Shown piece by piece: positions 11,839 to 25,552 of a stretch of DNA of 64,000 bases (its first letter is position 1; each line of letters starts with the position of its first letter). This DNA is from Mustelus asterias (lineage: Eukaryota): positions 138,756,001-138,820,000 of the forward strand of contig NC_135809.1 of the NCBI RefSeq assembly GCF_964213995.1, written 5' to 3'. A program made the position numbers and the translations under genes. The notes below the pieces were generated by a model. It saw only the letters and a list, made by a program, of their open reading frames with translations. It was not told where the DNA came from and searched no databases.

Positions 11839-14800
11839 TCTTTAACAATGAGATCAAGGTGCTGCATCATGAAACACGCTGTCTAACATTTCAAAAAATA
11901 ACAAAATCTGTAATTGAGCAAAACTCGAACTTCTGCAAATCCGATCTCTGGGGAATCTCAAATGAACCTGCACAAAATGTTTACACCAGGCTTTCTGAAT
12001 GGTCTATGCAAAACTCCGTGGTTTTGTAACAGGAAACATTCTTGCTATCGATTGTTTTGACTTCTATCACTGACAACTGAGTTAGGAAACATACAAACTG
12101 CTGCAGAACTTTTAAAACTTACCTGAAAAATCTATTTTAATCAATTACATCATTTATTTATTTGTTGAGGTGACAACTGACACGCTGGAGTGGCCAAAGA
12201 TATCCCGGAGAACGCAACTGTTACCAAGTAAGTGATCAGACAACTTTCTTATAGCACCATCGTGTTGTGCAAATACTCATGCTCACTGCGCTGTTTATTT
12301 TCATACAAGTAGCAGAATAACTTTCCTCCTGAAAGAATGAAGACTTTGCAGTTTATAACATTCTCACAATGTCCCAAAATGTGCCACAGCCAACAATTTA
12401 TAGATTCCACGAACAGCGGTCGAGTTGCGTGTCTCATTATTCTGTTTTGGTGGTGGGTTAAGGAAGGAATGCTGCACAATGGGAGAGCTCACTGCCCTTC
12501 TTCAAGAACTGCCATGGGATGATGCTTAGATCTGCCTGAACCAGCAGACAGGCCCTCGGCCAGCACGTGTATCCGTTTAGTTCCTAAATCTGCAGTCATA
12601 GCTCATGGACACAAAGTTAAGAAAGTGTTAAAACACTTTTGTTCATCAAGGCCTTACAACCACCTACACGTCCCACCATGCTCCATCTTTAACTGCCACC
12701 CTTAAACACAGGGTCAGGTTCTTGTACGTGGACATATACGAAGTCAGCTGTATTCAGAGGTAACTGGAGGCTGAAATGTAAATTGAAGCTGTGATCCTTG
12801 AGTCTTAACAAGGAGAGAATCATGGAGATTCTGGGGTGGGTGGCAAAGAGGCAGTGAGGTAGGACAGGTAGAAGGCCTTCCCCAAGCTCATGTGATTGGT
12901 ATATCATGTTCATCTTATTCTTTTTCTCTTTGATAGTGCTAGAGGGGTGTCACATCCTCAAATATAAAAGAGATATATCTCTGGAAGAGGGTACACAGTA
13001 GACATGTGCCATCCAATCATTGGAGTCATCAGTCACCTCCTCAACATGAAAGTTGAGACTCCTTGTTCTGACAGCGTACTTAGTGCTTCGAGAAGGTCAT
13101 GTGGTCAACAGTACACAGCATAGAATGAATTGGGCGATAGTGCTGCCCAATCATAGAATCACATCTCACAGTGGGTTTTACAAGGGAGGGCTGGGTGAGT
13201 ACGGTCTGTACTCAGGCAACAAGCTGTTTGCTTCAATCAACCAATCACTGGGTCGGCCAATGGCTAACAATCCTGAGTGACCTAAAAGCTCGACTAACAA
13301 CTGATTTAAGATGGTCGGTCAAGCTCAAACTGTGGCTTGCTGGAAGCAACATATATTTGTACATTTACCCGAGAAACACTGCAAAGCCCAGCAAATCCCT
13401 GCTCCTAGGCTTTGGCCTTTGGAAAATAACATCCACACGCTCTATCACCGACATCCCTGCTGCTTTGACACTGCTGTTTATTGCAGGATGGTTCTCACCT
13501 GCAAAAAGAAGCCAGCCTTCCCTGCGAGACCACGAAAGGTTTGTTACTGAACGGGGCATTGTTCAACCTCATCTAGTTCCACCTTTGCCCACAGTTGCTT
13601 TAAAGTGACCATCAGCTTCTGTCGAGCTTCTGTCAGAGATAATCTGTCCGTTATCCTGTCCCAATAACACTGAGAGGATCAAATATTCATTATAATGAGC
13701 CAACTTCACCTTACAACTTGCACCTGAACACTAACAATCCAGGATTTTGTTTTCTGTTCAGTAATGAGAATAACATCCAAAAAATTAATGAGCCAAGCTG
13801 TAAGCTTACTGATCTAAATCTCTAAATCGTGGAGAAGAGTTCAATTGTAATGAATCAAACAAGGCAAATAACTTTTCATTCTGTGGTTTAAACTCTGGCA
13901 TCTGTCAGCTCACTTTCTGAGAAGCGCCCTTCACACAGAAACAACCACAAAAAATGTAACATTTGCCGAAGTACATTCTAAAGAATGTCAACGATTAGGG
14001 GTGGCATAGTGGTTAGCACTGCTGCCTCACAGCGCCAGGGACCCAGGTTCCATTCCCAGCTTGGGTGACTGTGTGAAGTTTGCACATTCTCCTTGTGTCT
14101 GCGTGGGTTTCCATTTTCCTCCACTGTCCAAAGATGTGCAGGTTAGGTAGATTGGCCATGTTAAATTGCCCCGTGGTGTCCCAGGATGTATAGATTATGG
14201 GGATTAGCTGGGTAAATACAGGTATAGCGCCTGAGTAAGATGCTCTATTAGAGAGTCAGTGTAGACTCGTAGGGCTGAATGGCCTCGCTCTGCACTGTAG
14301 AGATCCTATGAAGCATAACATTACAGAATAAAGAGAACTATATTCCAGTGATCAGTTCACTAAATATTATACATTTTGAAAACATCAGATTCAACTTGAA
14401 ACAAGCGCACAAAAATGTTGAGAAGTCAAACACCTGCATTGCAGCAACATGGAACTCTGAACATTCCTCGTATCATAGAAATCATAGAAATCATAGAAAC
14501 CCTACAGTACAGAAAGAGGCCATTCGGCCCATCGAGTCTGCACCGACCACAATCCCACCCAGGCCCTATCCCCATATATTTTACCCGCTAATCCCTCTAA
14601 TCTACGCATCCCAGGACACTTAAGGGGCAATTTTAGCGTGGCCAATCAACCTAACCCGCACATCTTAGACCCAAGGGCTGGATTACACCCATCAAGTCAT
14701 CTCAATATTGCTTTGGGCCATAACTAAGGCATGTCCATTCCTATATATGAATTAGAGAGACACTACTTTAACAATTTAACCAACACCTATCCTGAATTAC

Positions 14801-15899
14801 CGTAAGGCATCTTAAGGAAGGGGAAACGGGTAAGAACAAAGAAAAGCACAGGAACAGGCCCTTTGGCCCTCCAAGCCTGTGCTGATCATGATGCCCTAAC
14901 TATACTAAAACTGCTCAAATCATAACCGCTTCCTGTAGAAAAGCTTTCCATGTTCCATAATCTTCTGCATCACACATTCTGCAGTTTCAACTGATGACTC
15001 TTCATTGCTCAATTTATCTGGATCACAGAGAAAGATGCGATTGTCCTACTCGAGAGGCATTCAGCCCAAGTTCAGCACATGGTAAAACTCTGTGTCTGAA
15101 AATCAAACTCTAAACACGAGTGAAGTTGTGGGCCTGAGAGGTCTTCATTGGAGAAGGCTGAGGGGAATTTCTTACCCGCCTGCAGCATGGACCTCATAAA
15201 CCTTCCAGCCCAGAGGACTCCTGAAGTACGTCCTTGTGCCGGGTTTCTTCAGATGTGACCAATAATCATTGGCAGAAGAATCTGAGGCCAAGAATGCTCC
15301 GTCCCACCAAGTTAAAATGGTTAAAGTTCAAAAAGTTTATTTATTAGTCACAAATAGGCTTACATTAACACTGCAATGAAGTTACTGTGAAAATCCCCTA
15401 GTCGCCACAGTCTGGCGCCTGTTCGGGTACACTGAGGGAGAATTTAGCATGGCCAATCCACCTAACCCCACATCTTTGGATCACTGAGCTGGCACCTACT
15501 CCAGGTGTGTACCGATAATGTGTGCCACAAATGGGCACTGCTAACGTGCACTGCTCGAGTGTATCGCCAGAGTGTACCGCTAGTGTGTACCACTACTTGG
15601 AACACTTGGAAAATCCTGGGAAGATGCAAAGTGGGAGGGGCTGGAGACCTGCCAGGAGGTTTTCACCACATTTGTTCTCTTCATTGGGCCTCAGGAATGA
15701 CAAATTCCCAGGTTCAGTAAACAAGAAGACTGAACAAGTGTGAGAGCAAAGGGTGCTGTCTTGTCTAGAGCACGAATGGATTCACTGTGGTTGCATCTTT
15801 CACATTGTATATATCATGTTTGAGCACTTGGTGAATATATTTACTTACACTTGTACATGATTTGGTGTATGTCTATAAAATACAGAGCTGCCCTACTGA

Positions 15900-16930
15900 C
15901 TACCTGGCCATTCACCTCTTCCCAAACTACCCTACCTGCCCTGCCATTGGCGGCCTCCTCATCTATATCCAGTTCTGAATGATCAGATTGAACAGGGACT
16001 TCCTCCTCCTCCCCAGAGATTGGGGCTCTGCCCAAAGCCTTGTCATCATCGATCTGTATGCTCCTCCACTCTGCAATGTTCAGCATGCAGCAGTCCAACA
16101 CTACTCTGCATACCCTCACTGAGGCATAATGCAGAACTACAGCTGAGTGATCGAGGCAGCTGAAGTGCGTTTTTAAAATGCCAATGCCCTGTTCAGTGGT
16201 GCTCCTGGTGACGATATGGCTGCTCTGCCTCCGTTTGTAGCTTCCTACAGGGGGTCATTAGCCAAGTTCTCCCTTGTCCCCTAGAAGCCAGCCAAGCATC
16301 TGTATTCATAGAATCATAGAATCCCTACAGTGCAAAAGGAGGCCATTCGGCCCATTGAGTCTGCACCAACCACAATCCCATCCAGGTCCTTTTCCGTAAC
16401 CTCTCATATTTTCCCTGCTAATCCCCTGACACTAAGGGGCAATTGAGCTTGGCCAATTCACCTAACTTGCTCATCTTTGGACTGTGGGAGGAAACCGGAG
16501 CACCTGGAGGAAACCCACGCAGACACGGGGAGAACGTGCAGACTCCGCACAGACAGTGACCCAAGCCAGGAATCGAAACCGGGTCCCTGGCGCTGTGAGG
16601 CAGCAGTGCTAACCCGCTGTGCTACCGTGCTGCTGAAATAACGCTTCAGTATGAAGGGGTCATGGCAGCTGCCAGGGAACGTTGGACACATGTGAAGGAA
16701 GGTTATGTTGCAGTGACAAACTACCTGGACATTGAGTGAGTGGAAGGATTTTGGGTTGTCAAAGGTGTCTGAACGTTATGTTGGGGTCTCTTGGCATCAT
16801 GGATGCAATCAATAAAATCCTGCACCCGAGGGAAGCCTGCTAATTGGGCAAAGTCTGTGGCTCTCTACGTCTGAGATGTCAAATCCACAAGGAAATAAAT
16901 GTGACTCCCAGATGAGCAAAAAGGGGCATT
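15900..16930 (-). mobile_element. PIF/Harbinger (HARBI1-like) transposase fossil, interrupted by a SINE
   Basis: KSFHSLNVQVVC, FPGSCHDPFIL and EQGIGILKTHFSCLD motifs. Confidence 0.75.
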
Positions 16931-16979
16931 AATTACAGTCTTAGTGCGCGCTCCTGACTGGCATATACCAGACTGATCT

Positions 16980-17600
16980 TCCAATAACAACAGGAAAAGC
17001 TGGATACACTCAGCAACATCTGTGGAGAGGGAAACAGAGTTAATGTTTCAAGTCCGTATGACTCTTCTTCAGAGCTAAGAAGAGGAAATCTGATCGATTT
17101 TATACTGTTTAAGGGAGGTTGGGTGTGGAGCCGGTAGAGCAAAACAGAAAGTCAAGGGTAGGTTGGATCTCAGGAGAGGTTTGACAAAGATATCATGGGC
17201 ACAAGACAAGGGAGATGGAGATTGTGGGTAGGTTGGGACAAATAAATGGATTAAAAAAGGGGGTTCAGATGGAGAAGTGAGTTCATGATCTGAAGTTGTT
17301 GACCTTAATGCTAAGTCTGGAAGGCTGTAAAGTGCCTCATCAGAAGATGAGGTGTGTTCTTCCAAGTTCCATTGGGTTTCACTGCAACATCACAGCAGAC
17401 CAAGGATGGATATGTGGACAAGGGAGTAGGATGCTGTGTTAAAATGGCAAACACCAGAAGAGTTAGCCTCACCACTGCAGACTGAGTGAAGGTGTTCCCC
17501 AAAGCAATCACCCAGTCTGCGTTTAGTCTCCCCAGTGTAGAGGAGACCACATTGGGAGCAGTGTATAGAATAAACTAAATTGAAGAAGGCAGGAATGACA
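16980..17600 (-). mobile_element. Degenerate Penelope-like element 3' end; related remnants at about 24150-24295, 25553-25730 and 10405-10500
   Basis: GIY-YIG C-terminal remnant (GETKRRL..EH; EEH/QHLIF) and hammerhead-like CTGAAGA..GAAA at 17039-17075. Confidence 0.65.
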
Positions 17601-17737
17601 GAGGAGACAGAGAACCGAGGGAGAGTCTCAAAATGTCTATGCCATGTTGGGAGGATATTACAGGAGGAAAATCCACTAATTATATTTAAATATAATTAAA
17701 TTAAATATAACCCACAAATTATATTTAAATATATTAT

Positions 17738-20020
17738 AATGAGGCTCCTCATGGGGGAACATATGGTGAACAGTGACCACAATTCTGTAAACTTTCGGAT
17801 AGTCATGGAAAAGGATGAGTGTTGTCCTATGGGTAAGGTGCTGAATTGGGGGAAGGCTAACTACAGCCGGATTAGGCAGGATTTGGTGGCTGAAGATTGG
17901 GAGAGGCTGTTCGAGGGTAAATCCACATCTGGCATGTGGGAGTCTTTTAAGGAGCAGTTGATAGGAGTGCAGGACAGGCATGTGCCTGTAAAAAGGAAGG
18001 ACAGGAAAGGTAGGATTCGAGAGCCGTGGATAACCAGTGAAATTGTGGGTCTAATCAAAAAGAAAAAAGAGGCATACATAAGGTCCAGGCAGCTAAAAAC
18101 AGATGAAGCACTGGAGGAACACAGAGAAAGTAGAAAAGAGCTCAAACAGGGAGTTAGAAGGGCAAAAAGGGGTCACGAAATGTCCTTGGCAGACAGGATT
18201 AAGGAGAATCGAAATGCATTTTATACATACGTTAGGAACAAGAGGGTTGTCAGAGAGTCGGACCTCTCAAGAACAAAGGAGGGGAATCATGCTTAGAACC
18301 CAAGGAAGTAGGTGAGATGCTAAATGAATGCTATGCATCAGTATTCACAAAGGAGAGGGACACGTTGATTGGTAGTGTCTCAGAGGGATGTGTAGACCCA
18401 TTAGAACAAATGTCAATTACAAGGGAGGAAGTGTTAGGTGTTTCAGGAAGCATTAAGGTAGACAAATCCCCAGGGCCAGATGGCATCTGTCCTAGATTAC
18501 TGAGAGAGACAAGAGATGAAATTGCTGGGCCTCTAACATAAATCTTTGTTTTTTCATTGGACACAGGTGAGGTCCCAGAGGATTGGAGGATAGCAAATGT
18601 GGTCCCATTACTTAAGAAGGGTAGCAAGGATAACCCGGGTAATTATAGGCCAGTGAGCTTGACGTCCACGGTAGAGAAATTATTGGAGAAGATTCTTAGA
18701 GATAGGATCTATGTACATTTAGAACTGAATAATCTCATTAGCGATAGACAACATGGTTTTGTACGAGGGAGGTCATGCCTCACAAATTTGGTTGAGTTTT
18801 TTGAGGAGGTGACAAAAATGATTGACGAGGGAAGGGCCGTGGATGTTGTCGACATGGATTTTAGTAAAGCATTTGACAAGGTCTCTCATGGCAGGCTGGT
18901 GCAAAAGGTTAAATCTCACGGGATCAAAGGTGAATTAGCTAGATGGGTACAGAACTGGCTTGGCCATAGAAGACAGAGGGTAGCAGTGGAGGGATCTTTT
19001 TCTGATTGGAGGTCGGTGACTAGTGGTGTTCCGCAGGGCACTGTACTGAGACCTCTGCTGTTTGTGATATATGTAAATGATTTGGAAGAAGATGTAGCTG
19101 GTGTGATCAGTAAGTTTGCGTCCGACACAAAGATTGCTGGAGTTGTGGATCGTGATGAACATTGTCAGAGAATACAGCAGGATATAGATAGGCTGGAAAA
19201 TTGGGCGGAGAAATGGCAGATGGAATTTAATCCAGATAAATGCGAAGTGATGCATTTTGGTAGATCTAATGCAGGGGGGAGCTATACAACAAATGGCAGA
19301 ACCATCAGGTGTATAGACACACAGAGGGACCTGGGTGTACAAGTCCACAGATCCTTAAATGTGGCAGCACAGGTGGAAAAGGGGGTGAAGAAGGCATATG
19401 GCATGCTTGCCTTTATTGGACGGGGCATAGAGTATAAAAGTCGGCATATGATGTTGCAGCTGTATAGAATGTTGGTTAGGCCACATTTGGAATACTGCGT
19501 CCTGTTCTGGTCGCCACACAACCAGAAGGACGTAGAGGCTTTGGAGAGAGTGCAGAAAAGGTTTACCAGGATGTTGCCTGGAATGGAGGGTATTAGCTAT
19601 GAGGAGAGATTGAGTAAACTAGGGTTGTTCTCCCTGGAAAAACGGAGGTTGAGGGGCGACCTAATAGACGTTTAGAAAATTATGAAGGGCATAGATAGGG
19701 TGAACAATTGGAAGCTTTTTCCCAGGTCAGAAATGACAAACACAAGGGGTCACAAGTTCAAGGTAAGGGGGGCAAGGTTCAATACAGACATACGGGGGAC
19801 GTATTTTACACAGAGGGTGGTGGGGTCCTGGAATGCACTACCAAGCAAGGTGGTTTAGGCAGACACGCTAGGATCATTTAAGAATTATCAAGATAGCCAC
19901 ATGAACAGACTGGGAATACAGGGATACAAACGGATGGTCTAGTTAGGAACATATGATCGGTGCAGGCTTGGAGGGCCGAAGGGCCTGTTCCTGTGCTGTA
20001 TTGTTCTTTGTTCTTTGTTC
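17738..20020 (+). mobile_element. 5'-truncated CR1 LINE (endonuclease end SDHN, then RT), frameshifted
   Basis: ORFs 17739-18296, 18317-18541 and 18557-19675; (TTCTTTG)n tail. Confidence 0.95.
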
Positions 20021-20102
20021 ACCTGCATTCCCGTCAGGACAAGTGGGGCCACTATAAGCAGCCGAATTTCACCTCACTAGCCAATTTTCAATTATTGACT
20101 AG

Positions 20103-23100
20103 TCATAGAATCATAGAGTCATAGAGGTTTACAGCATGAAAACAGGCCCTTCGGCCCAACTTGTCCATGCCACCCTTATTTTTTTTTAAAACCCCTTAAC
20201 TAATCCCAATTGCCCACATTTGACCCATATCTCTCTATACCCATCGTACCCATGTAACTATCTAAATGCTTTTTAAAAGATAAAATTGTACCCGCCTCTA
20301 CTACTACCTCTGGCAGCTTGTTCCAGACACTCACCACCCTCTGTGTGAAAACATTGCCCCTCTGGACACTTTTGTATCTCTCCCCTCTCACCTTAAACCT
20401 ATGCCCTCCAGTTTTAGACTCCCCTACCTTTGGGAAAAGATATTGACTATCTAGCTGATCTATGTCCCTCATTATTTTATAGACCTCTATAAGATCACCC
20501 CTCAGCCTCCTACGCTCCAGAGAAAAAAGTCCCAGTCTATCCAGCCTCTCCTTATAACTCAATCCATCAAGTCCCGGTAGCATCCCAGTAAATCTTTTCT
20601 GCACTCTTTCTAGTTTAATACTATCCTTTCTATAATAGGGTGACCAGAATTGCACACAGTATTCCAAGTGTGGCCTTACCAATGTCTTGTACAACTTCAA
20701 CAAGACGTCCCAACTCCTGTATTCAATGTTCTGACCAATGAAACCAAGCATGCCGAATGCCTTCTTCACCACTCTGTCCACCAGTGACTCCACTTTCAAG
20801 GAGCTATGAACATGTACCCCTCGATCTCTTTGTTCTGTAACTCACCCCAACGCCCTACCATGAACTGAGTAAGTCCTGCGCTGGTTCAATCTACCAAAAT
20901 GCATTTCCTCGCATTTGTCTAAATTAAACTCCATCTGCCATTTGTCAGCCCACTGGCCCAATTGATCAAGATCCCGCTGCAATTGGAGATAACCTTCCTC
21001 ACTGTCCACCATGCCACCAATCTTGGTGTCATCTGAAAACTTACTAACCATGCCCCCTATATTCTCATCCAAATCATTAATATAAATGACAAATAACAGT
21101 GGGCCCAGCACTGATCCCTGAGGCACACCGCTGGTCACAGGCCTCCAGTTTGAAAAACAATTCTCTACAACCACCCTCTGGCTTCTGTCAAGAAGCCAAT
21201 TTTGTATCCATTTAGATACCTCACCCTGGATCCCATGAGATTTAACTTTATGCAACAACCTACCATGTGGTAACTTGTCAAAGGCCTTGCTAAAGTCCAT
21301 GTAGACAACGTCAACTGCACTGCCCTCATCTACCTCCTTGGTTACCCCTTCAAAAAACTCAATTAAATTTGTGAGACATGATTTTCCACTCACAAAGCCA
21401 TGCTGACTGTCCCTAATCTGTACTTGCGTCTCTAAATGCCTGTAGATCCTGTCTCTCAAAATACCTTCCAACAATTTACCCACCACAGATGTGAGGCTAA
21501 CTGGCCTGTAAAGAACAAAAGAACAAAGGACAAAGAACAATACAGCACAGGAATAAGCCCTTCGGCGCCGCTCATGTGCCCAACTAGACCATTCGTTTGT
21601 ATCCCTCTATTCCCAGTCTGTTCATGTGGTTATCTCGATAAGTCTTAAACGATCCCAGCATGTCCGCCTCCACCACCTTGCCTGGCAGTGCATTCCAGGC
21701 CCCCACCACCCTCTGTGTAAAATACGTCCCCATGACATCTGTGTTGAACCTTGCCCCCCTCACCTTGAAATCGTGACCCCTTGTGTTCATCACCTCCGAC
21801 CTGGGAAAAAGCTTCCCACTGTTCACCCTATCTATGCCCTTCATAATTTTATAGACCTCTATTAGGTCGCCCCTCATCCTCCGTCTTTCCAGGGAGAACA
21901 ACCCCAGTTTACCCAATCTCTCCTCATAGCTAAGACCCTCCATACCAGGCAACATCCTGGTAAACCTCTTCTGCACTCTCTCCAAAGCCTCCACGTCCTT
22001 CTGGTAGTGTGGCGACCAGAACTGGACGCAGTATTCCAAATGTGGCCTAACCAACGTTCTATACAGCTGCAACATCATATGCCGACTTTTATATTCTACG
22101 CCCTGTCTAATAAAGGCAAGCATGCCATATGCCTTCTTGACCACCCTCTCCACCTGTGCTGCCATCTTTAAGGATCTGTGGACTTGTACACCTAGGTCCG
22201 TCTGTGTGTCTATACTCCTGATGGTTCTGCCATTTATTGTATAGCTCCCCCTTACATTAGATCTACCGAAATGCATCACTTCGCATTTATCTGGATTAAA
22301 TTCCATCTGCCATTTCTCCGCCCAATGTTCCAGCCTATCTATATCCTGCTGTATTCTCTGACAATGTTCATCACTGTCCACAACTCCAGCAATCTTTGTG
22401 TCGTCCGCTAACTTACTGATCACACCAGGTACATCTTCCTCCAAATCATCTATATATATCACAAACAGCAGAGGTCCCAATACAGAGCCCTGCGGAACAT
22501 CACTAGTCACAGACCTCCAACCGGAAAAAGACCCCTCCACTGTTACCCTCTGTCTTCTATGGCTAAGCTAGTTCTACACCCATCTAGCTAGCTCACCTTT
22601 TATCCCGTGAGATTTAACCTTTTGCACCTGTAGTTTCCAGGCTTTTCCCTGCAGCCCTTTTTAAAGAAAGGCACAACATTTGCCACTCTCCAATCTTCAG
22701 GCACCTCACCCGTGGCTATCGATGATTCAAATATCTCGGCTAGGGGACCCGCAATTTCCTCCCTAGCCTCCCACAACGTCCTGGGATATACCTCATCAGG
22801 TCCCGCAGATTTATCTACCTTGATGCGCTTTAAGACTTCCAACACCTCCTTCTCTGTAATATGTACACTCAAGACATCAATATTTAATTCCCCAAGTTCC
22901 CTAACATCCATGCTTTTCTCAACAGTGAATACTGATGAGAAATATTCATTTAGGATCTCACCCATCTCTTGTGGATCCACACATAGATTACCTTGTTGAT
23001 CCTTAAGAGGCCCTACTATCTCCCTTGTTGCTCTTTTGCCCTTTATGTATTTGTAGAAGCTCTTTGGATTCTCCTTTGCCTTATCTGCCAAAACAATTTT

Positions 23101-23440
23101 GTGTCCCCTTTTTGCCCTCCTGATTTCTCTCTTAACTCTACTCCTACACCCCCGATACTCTTCAAGGGATTCACTTGATCCCAGCTGCCTATGCACGTCA
23201 TGTGCCTCTTTCTTCTTCTTGATCAGGGCCTCAATATCCCGAGTTATCCAGGGTTCCCGACTTCTGCCAGCCTTGCCCTTCACTCTAAGAGGAATGTGTT
23301 TACCCTGAACACTGGTTAACACACTTTTGAAAGCCTCCCACTTACCAGACGTCCCTTTTCCTTCCCACAGACTCCCCCAATTAACGTTTGAAAGTTCCTG
23401 CCTGATACCATCAAAATTGGCCTTGCCCCAATTTAGAATA
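20103..23440 (-). mobile_element. CR1 LINE containing a nested younger CR1 (21511-22626, TSD CCTGTA)
   Basis: The outer ORF2 is split within the NYRPVSLTS motif; CCTGTA duplicated at 21505-21510 and 22627-22632. Confidence 0.95.
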
Positions 23441-24294
23441 TTAATACTTAACTTGTTAAGCATTAGCAAATTTGTCTAATAAAGTAGTGACTATTTCTAT
23501 GGAAATTAAGTTGAGAATGCTGCCAATAGCAGTCCCACATTATGCCTACAATTATCTTATGAATTCTATAAACTCAGAATCAAGAGGGGTGATAGTATGC
23601 TCCAGTTCACTCAGGGAGTCCAAGTTGCTGAGGCAACATGAACTTTTCCCTGCATGTTGTAGTCTGGAGCAATGGATAGTGATGGCCAAGGCTCCAATGT
23701 TCTTTCCATCACATGGTTGAGGAGAAATCTCTCCCATTCTCACTGCCTGCCATTGGCATGTTTTGTAAGGATTGATAGGGGTTGATAGTTAACCTATTTG
23801 ACTGTCTCATGAATGCACCTTCCTAGGCCATCAAATTCTGGAGTGGGACTTGAACCCAGAGCTTCTGGCTCTTCGACAAGGACAGTGTCCACTGCAACAC
23901 AAAAACCTCTTTATAATCTAACGGTGCTATTAACAACTAATCCTGAGCACCTTCTGTATCTATTCACCACATTGAGCTGTCATCTGAATGCTTTTGATGT
24001 CTGGTTACTGAATAAACATGAGGCCATGTGGCATAGTGATAGCTCCCCGACCACTGGACCAGAAGCTCCAGGTTCAAGTCCAATGCTCGGACCTGTTGGC
24101 CACAGAAGGAACAATAATGGAAGAGTAAAGATCAGTGCTGAGTGCAAAGCAAAACTAAAGAACAAGTGAGAAAGGCAGGGCGGGGGAGGGGAGGGGATTA
24201 GGACTAAAAGTGTTTGGGATACTTAAGAAAACGGTCAAAATGGAGGAAAAAGATTACAGTCTAAAGTTGAGCTCAATGTTGAGACCGGAAGGCC

Positions 24295-25552
24295 GGAGAG
24301 GGAGGTCATGCCTCACTAACCTGGTGGAGTTTTTTGAAGAAGTGACTAGAATGGTTGACGAGGGAAGGGCCGTGGATGTCGTCTATATGAACTTTAGTAA
24401 AGTGTTTGACAAGGTCCCTCATGGTAGGTTGGTGCAAAAGGTTGGATCTCATGGGATAAAGGGGGAGGTGGCTAGATGGGTGGAGAACTGGTTTGGTCAC
24501 AGAAGACAGAGGGTGGTAGTGGAAGGGTCTTTTTCCGGCTGGATGCCTGTGACTAGTGGTGTTCCGCAGGGCTCTGTATTGGGACCTCTGCGGTTTGTGA
24601 TTTATATAAACGATCTGGAAGAAGGTGTAACTGGGGTGATCAGTAAGTTTGCGGACGACACGAAAATGGCTGGACTTGCAGATAGTGAGGAACATTGTCA
24701 GAGGCTACAGAAGGATATAGATAGGCTGGAAATTTGGGCAAAGAAATGGCAGATGGAGTTCAATCCAGATAAATGCGAAGTGATGCATTTTGGTAGAACT
24801 AACGTAGGGGGGGAGCTACACGATAAATGGCAGAACCATAAAGGGTGTAGCTATGCATAGGGACCTGGGTGTGCAAGTCCACAGATCCTTGAAGGTGACG
24901 TCTCAGGTGGAGAAGGTAGTGAAGAAGGCATATGGCATGCTTGCCTTTATAGGATGGGGCATAGAGTATAAAAGTTGGGGTTCGGATGTTGCAGTTGTAT
25001 AGAACGTTGGTTCGGCCGCATTTGGAATACTGCGTCCAGTTCTGGTCGCCATACTACCAGAAGGATGTGGAGGCTTTAGGGAGAGTGCAGAGGAGGTTTA
25101 CCAGGATGTTGCCTGGTATGGATGGGCTTAGTTATGAGGAGAGATTGGGTAAACTGGGGTTGTTCGCACTGGAAAGACGGAGGATGAGGGGTGACCTAAT
25201 AGAGGTGTATAAAATTATGAAAGGCATAGATAGGGTGAACGGTGGGAAGCTTTTCCCCAGGTCGGTGGTGACGTTCACGAGGGGTCATAGGTTCAAGGTG
25301 AGGGGGGGGAGGTTTAACACGGATATCAGAAGGACGTATTTTACACAGAGGGTGGTGGGGGCCTGGAATGCGCTGCTGGGTAAGGTGGTGGAGGCGGACA
25401 CACTGGGAACGTTTAAGACTTATCTAGATAGCCACATGAACGGAGTGGGAATGGAGGGATACAAAAGAATGGTCTAGTTTGGACCAGGGAGCGGCGTGGG
25501 CTTGGAGGGCCGAAGGGCCTGTTCCTGTGCTGTATTGTTCTTTGTTCTTTGT
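24295..25552 (+). mobile_element. 5'-truncated CR1 LINE inserted in a Penelope remnant
   Basis: RT motifs in ORFs 24210-24860 and 24986-25477. Confidence 0.93.
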
